The notes under the pieces were generated by a model, which was given only the letters and a program-made list of their open reading frames with translations, did no database searches and had not been told where the DNA came from. A DNA stretch of 44,010 nt, filler included, from Okamejei kenojei (taxonomy: Eukaryota), in assembly GCA_035221665.1 (NCBI GenBank). It is 2 parts of 2 records of this genome, joined end to end, with 100 filler letters (N's around TTAATTAATTAA, not from the genome) between each part and the next. Parts side by side here need not be neighbours in the genome. Positions count along the whole stretch, not along the records: positions 1 to 20,058 come from JAVHYY010000275.1; 1 more part is not named here. One strand, 5' to 3'. Every line of letters starts with the position of its first letter. Positions within the stretch are counted from its first letter, which is position 1. Of this stretch, positions 1 to 11,782 are shown one piece after another. The translations under genes and the position numbers were made by a program.

Positions 1-2200
1 CCCTTGAAAACCATGGCTCTTTCCAGTTTTTACTATTTCCTTTCAACCTAACAGGAACATAAAGATTCTGTATTCTTACAATTTCCCCTTTAAATGTCCT
101 CCATTTCTCTTCTATATCCTTCCCATGAAACAAAGTGTCCCAATTCACTCCTTTGAAATCCTTATGCATTCCCTCAAAGTTAGCTTTTCTCCAATCAAAA
201 ATCTCCACCCTAGGTCCAGTTCTGACTCTCTGCATAATTATATTGAAACTAATGGTATTGTGATCACTGGTCCCGAAGTGCTCACCAACGCATACCTCCA
301 TCACCTGACCTGCCTCTTTTCCTAACAGGAGGTCCAGCACTGCCCCTTCTCTGGTCGATACCTCTATGTACTGCTACAAAAAACTATCCTGCACACATTT
401 TACAAACTCCAAACCATCCAGCCCATTTACAGAATGTGTTTCCCAGTCTATTTTTGGAAAATTGAAATCTCCCACAATCACTACCTTGTGCTTACTACTA
501 ATATCTGCTATCTCCTTACATATTTGCTCTTCCAATTCTCGCTCCCCATTTGGCGGTCTATAGTACACCCCTAAAAGTGTTTCTACACCATTCCCACTTC
601 TCAGTTCCACCCAAATAGCCTCCCTAGGCGAGCCCTCTAATCTATCCTACCAAAGCACTGCTGTAATATCTTCCTTGACAAGCAATGCAACACCTCCCCC
701 TCTGGACCCTCCAATTCTATCACACCTGAAGCAACAAAATCCAGGAATATTTAGTTTCCAATCACAGCCCTCCTGCAACCATGTTTCACTGATTGCCACA
801 ACATCATATTTCCAGGTGTCAATCCAGGCTCTAAGTTCATCCACCTTACTTACAATGCTCCTAGCATTAAAATATACACATTTTAGAAACCCACCATCCC
901 TTATTCTCTGTCTATTATCTTTTTCATCTTTCTCGCCTACATTTTGGGTCCGAGTGCTTCCCTTCTCTGCCTCTTGCCCCACACCCTGACCCCTAGCCCT
1001 CTCTACCCGAGTCCCTCCCCCCAGCCTTTCTAGTTTAAAGTCTCCCCAGTAGCCTTTGCAAATCTCCCTGCCAGGATATTGGTCCCCCTCGGGTTCAAGT
1101 GCAACCCGTCCTTGGTGTACAGATCATGCCTTCCCCAAAAGAGGTCCCAGTGATCAAGAAACTTGAATCCCTGCCCACTGCACCAGTCCCTCAGCCACGC
1201 ATTTATCCTCCACCTCATTTCATTCCTACTCTCACTGTCACGCGGCACAGGCAGTAATCCTGAAATCGTTACCCTTTTGGTCCTTCTCCTTAACTTTCCC
1301 CCCAACTCCCTAAATTCTCCCTTCAGGACTTCGTCACTTTTTCTGCCTATGTCATTGGTACCTATACCACAACATCAGGCTCCTCTCCCTCCCTTATCAG
1401 AATCTTTTGGACACGTTCTGACACATGCGAGACCCTGGCACCAGGGAGGCAAACTACCATCCGGGTCTCCCGACTGCGTCCACAGAATCGCCTATCCGAC
1501 CCCCTAACTATAGAGTCCCCTATTACAATTGCCCTCCTCTTTTTTGCTACCCTTCTGACCATCAGGGCCGGTCCCTGTGCCGGAGGCCCGGCCGCTGTTG
1601 CTGCCCCCAGCTAGGCTGTCCCCTCCAATCGTACTCAAACCGAGTACCTATTTTCCAGGTGTACGGTCACAGGGTACTCTCTAGCCCCTGCCTCTGCCCT
1701 TGCCCTTCCTAACTCTGACCCACTTGTCTGCCTCCTGTGGTCTGGGAGTGACTACCTCCCTGTAGCTCCTCTCTATTACCTCCTCACTCTCCCTGACCAG
1801 ACGGAGGTCATCGAGCTGCTGCTCCAGGTTCCTAACACAGTCCTTTAGGAGCCCCATCTCAACACACCTGGCGCAGATGTGGATGTCTGGAGGGCTATCA
1901 GATTCCCTGACCTCCCACATCTGACATCCAGAACAGTACACTGCCCTGGCCTTCATACTGTCCCCCTTACACAGGATACAATAGCAACACAATACAAAGT
2001 ACACAACAAACTGCTGGGATCTGATCGCCAATCAGCTGCTTTCCCTAGTCCACTTCCCACCAATCAGCGGCTTCCTAAAAAAAAAACCCACTTCTCCAAA
2101 TGGAATGTTATGGATTTAGGTAAAAACAAGCCCCGCACTTGATTTTAAACCTTACCGGTCGGGTGTCGCTCCTCCCCCTCCTCCTCTTCCAACGGCTCCT
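1..2200 (-). mobile_element. CR1-type LINE, 5' portion (ORF1 Zn-finger + SGNH esterase; ORF2 APE endonuclease), disrupted, runs off the left edge
   Basis: ORF fragments: MKARAVYCSGCQMWE..CARC (1681-1956), IVIGDSIVRG (1362-1562), DGLHLNPRG (1030-1305), YFNARSI/AISETWL/GGGVALLVK (647-982), YYRPP/VGDFN (374-610). Contains stops and frameshifts. Confidence 0.93.
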
Positions 2201-2740
2201 GTGGGCCTCACTTCGTGTTTTGTTTCAAATTACAGCAAATGAAGTTACTCCTACTTAAGTCGTTGCTCCAATTAGTTGTGAGCTGAGGATGTTCAAATAT
2301 CAACATTATTATATCAGTGCACATGAAGTTAAGTGATTAATTATCGCATCGAACGGAACTAAAAAATGCAGCAGAAGGGAAGGAACACCTATCCAAGGAC
2401 AGAGGTGCCTGGAATATGAAATGATTACAATTTCAACGAGGAAACAAATTGAGCTTGCAGCATATATGATTTTCAAAACAATTACGGTAAGCAATCGATA
2501 TACAGCAAAGAACTTTCAATGCCCATGATCTGGCTTACATTCCTGACAAAGGGCTCGGATCAAGGACGTTTGGTGGCTTGACTGCAATGACCTATTGAAG
2601 GAACGATTCAATACGGGAGCAGTTAAAATGGACAAATCTCGTATCATTTGTTTCGTTTCAGGAAGGATTGGTGGGTCTAATTTAGTGAGTGACCTAAGCA
2701 CCAATCCATACTTTCCCACGAACCACTTCCCGAAGTACTC

Positions 2741-2768
2741 CACACTTTCACATGTCGTAACAAAAACT
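2741..2768 (+). promoter_or_regulatory. Orphan recombination signal sequence, 12-bp spacer (CACACTT-12-ACAAAAACT)
   Basis: Heptamer 2741-2747 with the invariant CAC, spacer of exactly 12 nt, nonamer 2760-2768 identical to that of the V RSS at 5183-5191. The minus-strand flank reads GAG TAC TTC GGG AAG (EYFGK). Confidence 0.6.
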
Positions 2769-3009
2769 AGTGACCAGAGTGTGACGTGCTTGGAATATAG
2801 TCGGACCAACGGGGTTGATGATCTGAGATGGAAATCGAGCACACGATTATTTACCTACCTACAGTGATGCCATATTGTTTCGCCAAATAAAGTCGTATTT
2901 GCGCTCGGTTTAAGGTTGAGTTGCCTAAACCTGTAGAACATTGTGTAGTAATACGCATGTTTATTGTTTGTACTCCTATTGATATTTAAGAATACAAAGT
3001 AAATTTCTA

Positions 3010-3175
3010 TCTTAAAGAGCGAGTTAAATTTAGCTCTTAGGGCTGAAGGGATGACGGAATTTGGGGAGAAAGCAGGAAAGGGGTACTCATTTTAGATGAT
3101 CAGCCATGACTTCGGTGCTGACTCGAAGGGCCGAATGGCCTGCTAAGGCATCTATTTTTCAGCGTTTCTAAATGG
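3010..3175 (+). mobile_element. Degenerate CR1 3'-end fragment
   Basis: gatgatcagccatga...ctcgaagggccgaatggcct motif shared with the other CR1 3' UTRs in the window. Confidence 0.75.
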
Positions 3176-3229
3176 CTGACAACTCTTCAACGGAGTGCGC
3201 AACATAGTTTATTGAGTTGGAAGACACCA

Positions 3230-3760
3230 GTGCAAACTTGAATATAGTATAATAACTGGGAAACAAATAATATAACATTTTGGAAAAGTTCAACAACCCC
3301 CACAGTTAAAATGTGGATTTTGGAGATGTCGGAGACCTTACATTTGGAAAGAAGTAGACTTGTCTTAATTGACAAACAAGAATTATTTGCTAGAATATGG
3401 TCTCAATTTATTGACTTTTTGAAAGGGTAAATTGGTCCGGCACGGAAGTCTGACTGAAGCTTGAACTCAGGGTTAGATGAATAGTTATGTTATAAAATCT
3501 ACGGACCTATCTCCAAATTTGGTAAATCATTATTTTATTTTTTATCGTGTTTTATTTCTTCTCCCTTCCTATCTATGAAAAAAACCAAAAAGAAATAAAA
3601 GCATAATTAATTATATAATTGATAAATGAGCACCCCATTACTTTGATAGTTGGAATACCATCTATTAACAATTTGTAATTGATATAGAAAATCTGTTTTG
3701 ATTATGATATGTACATGCTTCTAATAAAAATATTATAAATAAAAAAGGAAAAAAAGAAAA
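3230..3760 (+). mobile_element. L1-type LINE 3' end (ORF2 C-terminus, 3' UTR, A-rich tail)
   Basis: Translates FWKSSTTPTVKMWILEMSETLHLERSRLVLIDKQELFARIWSQFIDFLKG*, typical of the fish-type L1 ORF2 C-terminus. AATAAA at about 3723 is followed by an A-rich run. Confidence 0.7.
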
Positions 3761-4674
3761 TGATAACGTGCTGAATTGAAAATAACTGAGTTAGTAAAAG
3801 CGAAGTTACTGATCACATCTGAAGTTATTGATCAGCATCTGCAACACGGCTGACGTTTCACAGATGATTGTTACCAAGACAGTGTTGCCACCTTGTGGAA
3901 TATGTACTAGATTTCCTCGGCATTGTTAAATGCAATCGAATTCCGCCTTCATATGGCAGCACTTCGCCAAATCGCAAAAACGCAAAGTGCACACCTCCAA
4001 ATAATCATAATGGTCTGTACAGCAAAAAGCATATTGTTACGGGACAGGGATAAGGGTGAACTCTCATGTCATTAAAGCAGATTATGCACGTATAAATCAT
4101 TGCATGTATCTTTAATGTCTGCAAAAAAGTTCAGTTTAAATGTTATGGTTATTATTTTCACGTGGAGAGCGATAAGATGAAAAATGTTTTGAGTCGCAGC
4201 CTATCCAATCAGTGCCGATAACAATATGATACAATATGATAGAATCAAATCAAACTCAAGTACACTGAGTAGAGGAATGGAATAGATAAAGGTGAAAATC
4301 GCGTTGCTTTCACCTCCGCAGCTGTGCCGTCACTGCAGTTCGTCCCACTCACTGCGCGCTGTTACTGATTGTGAGCAAGCGCCGTTCGCTCCCGGTAACC
4401 GATCTCCAGCCCCCCTACCTCTGGTCACCGCTGAGCGGCGTTCCAATTCTTCTGCCAATTAGTACGCGCGATTTGGGCTTTTGTGTCTCACATTTCAGTT
4501 CGCCGCAGTGGGTCGGATCTCCTTTCCTGCCCTGTGTAATTGGATGCTTGTTACCGTGAATTGCCGCCTGTAATTGGCTGCATGATGAACAGGCCAGTGG
4601 AGCGGTGGAATTAGATTTATGTTTAGATAGTGGGTTTCCCACATTCAGAGATAGAAGACACAGAGAGCAAGATC

Positions 4675-5152
4675 ATGAACAGTCGTCTCGCGCCGTTATT
4701 TATCGTTATGTCACTTCGAGGTAAGAATTCCCTCTCCACTAAAACGAACACCTCGCTGTATCTCTGTGATCCAATATTTCGATAGACGCGATGATGATAA
4801 GTAGTTTAACTAAGATAACAATGGTATCCGATCTATTGTTTCTGTCAGACAGCAGCCTGCAAGACACGGTGGAACAATCGGTCTCTGAAACTAACTGCAC
4901 GTAGAAAAGTAAAGTCACACTAAGTTGTGAATTAAAAAACCACAGATACAAACCCATATGTTTTCTGGTACAAACAGATCCCCGTACGGCCTCCACACTA
5001 CCTTCTTAGAATTATTTCAGGGACCTAAACAGAAATAGCGACATCACCGACCGGTTTTCCTCCACCTACCATAAACTAACGAAAGTTACAGAGTTAACAA
5101 TCGGGGACGTAGTGATCTCCGACTCTGCCGTGTACATCTGTGCCATGAACCC
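4675..5152 (+). pseudogene. TCR alpha/delta V segment pseudogene (leader exon 4675-4720, V exon 4849-5152)
   Basis: Leader MNSRLAPLFIVMSLR, phase-1 GTAAG donor at 4721, AG acceptor at 4847-4848. V exon reads DSSLQDTVEQ..VTLSC..YVFWYKQ..RFSST..LTIGDVVISDSAVYICAMN. It has an in-frame TAG in FR1, a +1 frameshift in the A-run near 4935, and a TAA/frameshift near 5027. Confidence 0.9.
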
Positions 5153-5191
5153 CACACTGCTGCAGAGATAGAGAGAACACGAACAAAAACT
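5153..5191 (+). promoter_or_regulatory. 23-RSS of the pseudo-V (CACACTG-23-ACAAAAACT)
   Basis: Heptamer 5153-5159, spacer 5160-5182 (23 nt), nonamer 5183-5191, immediately after the YICAMN codons. Confidence 0.93.
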
Positions 5192-5285
5192 CCCCCGGAG
5201 AAATACCCGTAAATGTTCATCAGAGGGCGATCAGACGAGCAGGAAGACTGAAAGGAAGAATGGAAGTAATAAGTTAGTGTGTGTC

Positions 5286-5490
5286 NNNNNNNNNNNNNNN
5301 NNNNNNNNNNNNNNNNNNNNNNNNNNNNNNNNNNNNNNNNNNNNNNNNNNNNNNNNNNNNNNNNNNNNNNNNNNNNNNNNNNNNNNNNNNNNNNNNNNNN
5401 NNNNNNNNNNNNNNNNNNNNNNNNNNNNNNNNNNNNNNNNNNNNNNNNNNNNNNNNNNNNNNNNNNNNNNNNNNNNNNNNNNNNNNNNNN
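5286..5490. other. Assembly gap (N run)
   Basis: 205 Ns. Confidence 1.
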
Positions 5491-5789
5491 CGCTGGTCCT
5501 CGATTCACCTACTTTTTTCAAGAGACTCTGTGCATCTACCCGATTTCTTCCTTGCTAAGATCTTATACAGCTCTTCGAATCACCCCACATCCTCCTGCTC
5601 TGCAAGGGATAGCGTTATAGCATACTCAACCTCTGCCGATACCTCAGACCCTCTAGTCTTGAGGTATCGGCATATTTTCCAAGTGTTCTTGTAATCTTGC
5701 ATCTTGCCCAAGTGTTCTTGTGCTATGAATATGTTCGTATTATCCATGAGTAATCTGAACGAGGTGTTAACCTGGACACAATAATTGAA

Positions 5790-6245
5790 TCAGTCTAAAG
5801 AAGGGTCTCGACCCGAAACGTCACCCATTCCTTCTCTCTGGAGATGCTGCCCGTCCCGCTGTGATACTCCAGCAATTCGAGGTGACCCTCGCTTTAATAT
5901 TAGTTCTAGTTCTTTCGTCTTTCATGTCCATTAAAATTATTAATCGGATGTATCTGACAGTCCACGATATCATAAACCGGGCTCAGTCATGATTTTAAAT
6001 CACCCAATGCATCGTCTGGTTTGGACATTTTATGGCAGATGAAAAACATCTATTTAAAATATCGAGACAAGGACTATTGCTATAAGAGGGTTGACGTGGT
6101 ATTCACATCTACTTTTAAAGAAGGGTTTTGATCCGAAACATCATGCATTCCTTCTTTACAGGGATGCTGCTTGTCCCGCTGAGTTATTCCAGCTTTTTGT
6201 GTCTATCTTCGGTTTAAATCAGCATCTGCAGTTCTTCCTTACAAC
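5790..6245 (+). repeat. Two short Penelope-derived/SINE-like repeat copies (5790-5875, 6115-6245)
   Basis: Motif ...aagaagggtctcgacccgaaacgtcacc...gatgctgc...ctccagc recurs elsewhere in the window (36511, 39221, 21045). Confidence 0.65.
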
Positions 6246-6539
6246 ACTGCAATGCATTGCGTTAACAAGGGAAGTGTAATTATCTTTATTCACACCACAG
6301 GAACGCATGTTCCATTTTCCAGATTTAGGTTTGCATTCTCGTCTTATTTAAAAATGTCCCTTCTTTGGTCTGCTACGCAGAACGCAGAATTATCAACGTG
6401 TCTGATTATTGGACATTTGCTCACCAGCTCTTACAAATATCCGGAAACTTTAGGGACGTACGTCAGTGGATTTCCAGTTGTAGTTATGCGATGGCAGTAA
6501 ATTGGTCCAATGATCTACTTCATCATGCGTGGCGGGAGA

Positions 6540-7195
6540 TAATAGACAATAGATGCAGGAATAGTCCATTCGGCCCTTCGAGACGGCACCGCCATTCAAT
6601 GTGACCATGGCTGATCATCCACAATCAGGACCCCGTTCCTGCCTTCTCCCCATATCCCCTGATTCCGCTATGTTAAGAGCCCTATCTAGCTCTCTCTTGA
6701 AAGTATCCAGAGAACCGGCCTCCACCGCCCTCTGAAGCTGAGAATTCCACACTCACAAATCTCTGTGAAAAAGCGTTTCCTCATCTCCGTTCTTAATGGC
6801 CAACCCATAATTTTTAAAATGTGACCCCTGGTTCTGGACTCCCGCAAAATCGGGAATTTGTTTCCTGCATCTAGCGCGTCCAAACCATTAATAATCTTAC
6901 ATGTTTCAAGCAGATTCCCTCTCGTTCTTCTAAATTCCAGAGTATACAATCCCAGCCGCTCCATTCTCTCAGCATAGAACAGTCCCGCTATCCCGGAAAT
7001 TAACCTTGTGGACGTACGTTGCACTCCCTCAATAGGAAGAATGTCCTTTTAATTTAAGGGAGCAAAACTGCACGCCATATTCCAGGTGTGGTCTCACTAG
7101 GGCCGTGTAAAAATGCAGAAGAACCTCTTTGCTCCTCTTCTCAACTCCTCTTGTTATGAAGGCCAACTTGCCATTCGCTTACTTCACTGCCTGCA
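6540..7195 (-). mobile_element. CR1 3' fragment
   Basis: ORF 6686-7024 RLGLYTLEFRRTRGNL..RTRGH, plus the CR1 3' UTR. Confidence 0.9.
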
Positions 7196-7399
7196 GCAGA
7201 GCCACATCACCACTGGACAAGCTATTTTTACTTTAAACATTAAATGTTGTCTGTGCTCCACCTGCCCTCTTTATATCTATATTGTTTTAAGTCGAGTCGA
7301 TGGGGTTTCCGCTTGCAATCTGTGCGCTCAGTAATTGCATTCTACTGTTAGTGCCGCAGCAGCGGTTGCATGTTGCCCGCAACATACAACAGAAACGAC

Positions 7400-7438
7400 A
7401 ATTATTGTAGGAGGATTTAACTCGCATCCATCACTGTG
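7400..7438 (-). promoter_or_regulatory. 23-RSS (CACAGTG-23-ACAATAATT)
   Basis: Consensus heptamer 7438-7432, 23-nt spacer, nonamer 7408-7400 with mismatches to ACAAAAACC. Confidence 0.9.
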
Positions 7439-7883
7439 AGCCCCTGCGCAGTAATATACCGCTATATCGGACAACCGTGGCACAGGACTGGTCAGTCTAT
7501 ACACTCTCGCTGTCTTATTCATCACATCAACGAAGCGGCCTTTAGCGAATTCCGATTGAAAGTCATATTTGCTGTCAGGGTCTCTCCTCATGATGAATTC
7601 GGAACTTCTTCCTGGGTACTGCCGAATCCAGTATAAATAATACAAATCACTGGTATAGGTGCAAATAAAAGTGACATGATCGCCCTCCATCCGCCTGAAG
7701 GCGGCCTCTCGTTGTGTCACGATATCGGCATCGCTGAGATCTGGGACACGAAATAAGAATAGTCGTAACTTTGAATACAATCCTCATCGGCGGGAAAGCG
7801 CGCAACTATATTCACTTACAAGTTAACATTGCAGATGATAGCATATGTGTTACTCCACGAGTATATCTGATGCGGTGATCCAT
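7439..7883 (-). CDS. TCR alpha/delta V gene segment, open frame (V exon 7439-7740; candidate leader exon 7820-7883)
   Basis: LSDADIVTQ..VTFICTY..YLYWIRQYPG..FAKGRF..LSDIAVYYCAGA has the canonical Cys, Trp and YYC. Acceptor cccag at 7742-7741. GTAAGTG donor at 7819 after a 64-nt phase-1 exon MDHRIRYTRGVTHMLSSAMLT, which is only weakly hydrophobic. Confidence 0.9.
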
Positions 7884-9377
7884 TGAATCAAACAACACAG
7901 ACACAACCACTTCGAACGAGTTGCCCAATCTTAACAAGAGCCTTGTATCCATGTTTGCCTCATATCCCTCTAAAAGTTGTCTGGTCGTTGCCAGTTCAAA
8001 ATTATTTTGAATGCTGTTATTATCATAAGCGCATCAGGTCATATGTGATGGGAACACAATTGGGCCATTCGGTCCATCAAATGTACTCGGCCATTCGATC
8101 ACGGTTGATATATCTCTCCCTCCTAACCCATTATCCTGCATTCCCCACATAATCCCTGACACCCGATTCAGCTATCAGTTTCACCTTCATCAATTTTGGT
8201 AGCTCGGTCCATATACACACTGCCCGTTATGGAAGAAGTGGTAATTTACGCTCGCACCTTAAACCTACGCTCGGAATCTTAATTATCCTGCTGCTCTCAA
8301 TGCCCCTCCTAATGTATACACGTCCGACTATTACCACTCACCTTCTGCGCTCCAAGGAATACAATTGTCGCCTGCCTAAACTATCTCTGTCGCGCAATTT
8401 ATCATGGACCAAGTGGTTTGATGCTCCATTGCATTTGCTGCCAATACCACACAGGTGAATGCGTTGTCTTCATCTCCATGCAATCATAATTTCATTTTGT
8501 GATTGGTGCCTACGGCTTTCCTACCCAAAGGGAAAACTACTCATCCCAACAGATCCGACCAGTGGACAGACAATCCAGGGTTTTCTGTATATCTGTGTCT
8601 TTCCTCTGAATCTATGTGACTGTGAAATTGGTCTGCTCTCCAGACCCCAGGACGTTAGTTATATTGGGGAAAATCATAACCGTCTTACCGACGATGAACC
8701 TCATCACAGTGCAGCGAGTACAATAACTCCCATTTTTACTATTTCCAGAAGTCAGACATCTGTGCAACATCGCTTGTAGTGTATGGAGAACAGGTGATGT
8801 GCTGGAGCAACGGAACCCCTGCTGATAATCGACAGAACGAAGGCGTAGGTCTGCCTGGTCGTGATTTGACGTACATCTCTGCTCCAGATTATGGCGTATG
8901 CTTAGTGAGAGAATAGAGATAATGTCAGAGCCTATTGGACTATCTTTGATCCGACTTCATTAGACTGTATCTTACACTAAACATTATTCATGAAATTCCC
9001 TTTATTGTGTATCTTTGCAGAGTGGATGGCTCAATTGCAATCATGGGGTATCTATCAGTTGACTGGTTAATACGCAACAACAGCTTTTAAAATTGTACTT
9101 CGGTACATGTGATGATCAACTGCACTGAAACTCAAACTCATGAAAAATAACTTTGCTGGTTTAAAGGGAGGAGTCCTAAAACTGAATAAGGTTCAATAAT
9201 ATCAGGGACCGGAGATATAGCGTGACATCCTGACATATACATCGCGTTGACCCGGGTGAAAGTAATATCCTCATTCGAATGGAAGGAACACGTTGATGCG
9301 TAGGTAACCAGAGCGGTAATTTGATCCAAAGTGGGGCTTGGTCATCAGTTCCACAGAGAAAAGGGAGCTCAACCTTT

Positions 9378-11420
9378 AACCATGTAACATATAACAATTG
9401 CAGCACGGAAACAGGCCCTCTGGGCCCTTCCAGTCCGTGTGGACCATTTGTTTTCCCCTAGTCCCATCTACCTGCACTCAGACCATACCCCTCCACGTCC
9501 ATATACCTATCCACTTTACTTTTAAATGTTAAAATCGATCCTGCCTCCACCACTTCTGCTGGAAGCTCATTCCACATAGACACCACCCTCCGAGTAAAGA
9601 AGTTCCCCCTCACGTTACCCCTAAACTTCTGTCCCTTAATTCTCATGTCATGCCCTCGTTTGAAATCTTCCCTACCCTCAATGGGAAAAGCTTATCCACG
9701 TCAACTCTGTCTATCCCTTTCATCATTTTAAAGACCTCAATCAAGTCCCCCCTTAACCTTCTGCGCTACAAAGAATAAAGACCTAACTTGTTCAACCTTT
9801 CTCTGTAACATAGTTGCTGGAACCCTGGCAACATTCTAGTAAATCTCCTCTGTACTCTCTCTATTTTGTTGACATCCTTCCTACAAATTAGGCGTCCAAA
9901 ATTGTACACCATACTCCAGAATTGGTCTTACCAATGCCTTGTACAATTTTAACATTACTTCCCTACACCTATATTCAATGCTCTGATTTATAAAGGCCAG
10001 CACACCAAAGGATTTCTTTACCACCCTATCTACATGCGATTCCACCTTCAGGGAACTATGCACAGTTATTCCTAGATCCCTCTGTTCCACAGCATTCCTC
10101 AATTCCCTACCATTTACCATGTATGTCCTATTTTGATTTGTCCTGCCAAGATGTAGCACTTCACACTTAACAACATTAAACTCCATCTGCCATCTTTCAG
10201 CCCACTTTTCCAAATGGCCCAAATCTCTCTGTAGACTTTGAAAATCTACTTCATTATCCACAACACCACCTATCTTAGTATCATCTGCATACTTACTTAT
10301 CCAATTTTTCCACCCCATCATCCAGATCATTGATGTACATGACAAACAGTGGACCCAACACAGATCCCTGAGGCACCCCACATGGTCACCAGCTTCCAAC
10401 CTGACAAGCAGCCATCCACCATTACTCTGACATCTCCCATTCAGCCACTGTAGAATCCATCTTGCTACTTCCGCCATTAACAGCCAAAGATTGAACCTTC
10501 TTAATCAACCTTCCATGGGGAACCTTGTCAAAGGCCTTACTGAAATCCATATAGAAAACATCCACTGCTTTACCCTCATCAATTTCCCTAGTTACCACTT
10601 CAAAAAATTCAAGAAGGTTTGTCAAACATGACCTTCCAGGCACAAATCCATGTTGACTGTTCCTGATCAGACCCTGTTTATCCAGATGCTTATATATATA
10701 TTATCTCTAAGTATCCTTTCCATTAATTTGCCCACCACTAACGTCAAACTAATAGGTCTATAATTGCTAAGTTTATTCTTTGAACCCTTTTTAAACAATG
10801 GAACAACATGCGCAGTACGCCAATCCTCCGGCACTATTCCCGTTTCTAATGACATTTGAAATATTTCTGTCATAGCTCCTGCTATTTCTACACTAACTTC
10901 CCTCAATGTCCTAGGGAATATCCTGTCAGGATCTGGAGACTTATCCACTTTTATATTTTTCAAAAGTGTCAGTACTTCCTCCTCTTTGAATCTCAGTTTC
11001 CATAGCTACTCTACTTTTTTCCCTTACCTCACAGAGTTCAATATCCTCCTTGGTGAATACCGAAGAAAAGAAATTGTTCAATATCTCCCCCATCTCTTTT
11101 GGCTCTGCAGATAGCTGTCCATTCTGGTTCTCTAATGGTCCAATTTTATCCCTCGTTATCCTTTTGCTATTAATATAGCTGTAGAAACCCTTTGGATTTA
11201 CTTTCACCTTTCTTGCCAAAGCAACCTCATATCTTCTTTTAGCCTTCCTAATTTCTTTCTTAAGATTCTTTTTACATTATTTATACTCCTCTAGCACCTC
11301 ATGTACTCCATGCCTCCTATAATTATTGTAGATATCTCTCTTTTTTCGAAACAAGTGTCCAATTTCCCTTGAAAACCATGGCTCTTTCCAATTTTTACTA
11401 TTTCCTTTCAACCTAACAGG
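9378..11420 (-). mobile_element. CR1 LINE, 5'-truncated (RT domain to 3' end), frameshifted
   Basis: ORFs PLFKKGSK..NYRPISL, DFSKAFDKVPH, SKYADDTK, RDLGI, RGNFFTRRVV. Same subfamily as the element at 1-2200 (11367-11420 matches 1-55). Confidence 0.93.
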
Positions 11421-11782
11421 GTCGGACAGGCTAGATGCAGGAAGATTGTTCCCGATGTTGGGGAAGTCCAGGACAAGGGGTCACAGTTTAAGGATAAGGT
11501 GGAAGTCTTTTAGAACCGAGATAAGAAAATCGTTTTTCACACAGAGTGGTGAATCTGTGGAATTCTCTGCCACAGAAGGTAGTTAAGGCCAGTTCGTTGG
11601 CCATATTTAAGATGGAGTTGGATGTGGCCCTTGTGGCTGAAGGGATCAGGGGGTATGGAGAGTAGGCAGGTACAGGATACTGAGTTGGATGATCAGCCAT
11701 GATCATATTCAATGGCGGTGCAGGCTCGAAGGGCCAAATGGCCTGCTCCTGCACCTAATTTCTATGTTTCTATGTTTCTATG
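11421..11782 (+). mobile_element. CR1 3' fragment with (TTCTATGT)n tail
   Basis: Near-identical to 30910-31250 and ends tttctatgtttctatgtttctatg. Confidence 0.9.

Noticed and set aside
11367-11420. Match to window positions 1-55
   Set aside because: Two copies of one CR1 subfamily; the overlap reflects where the window starts.
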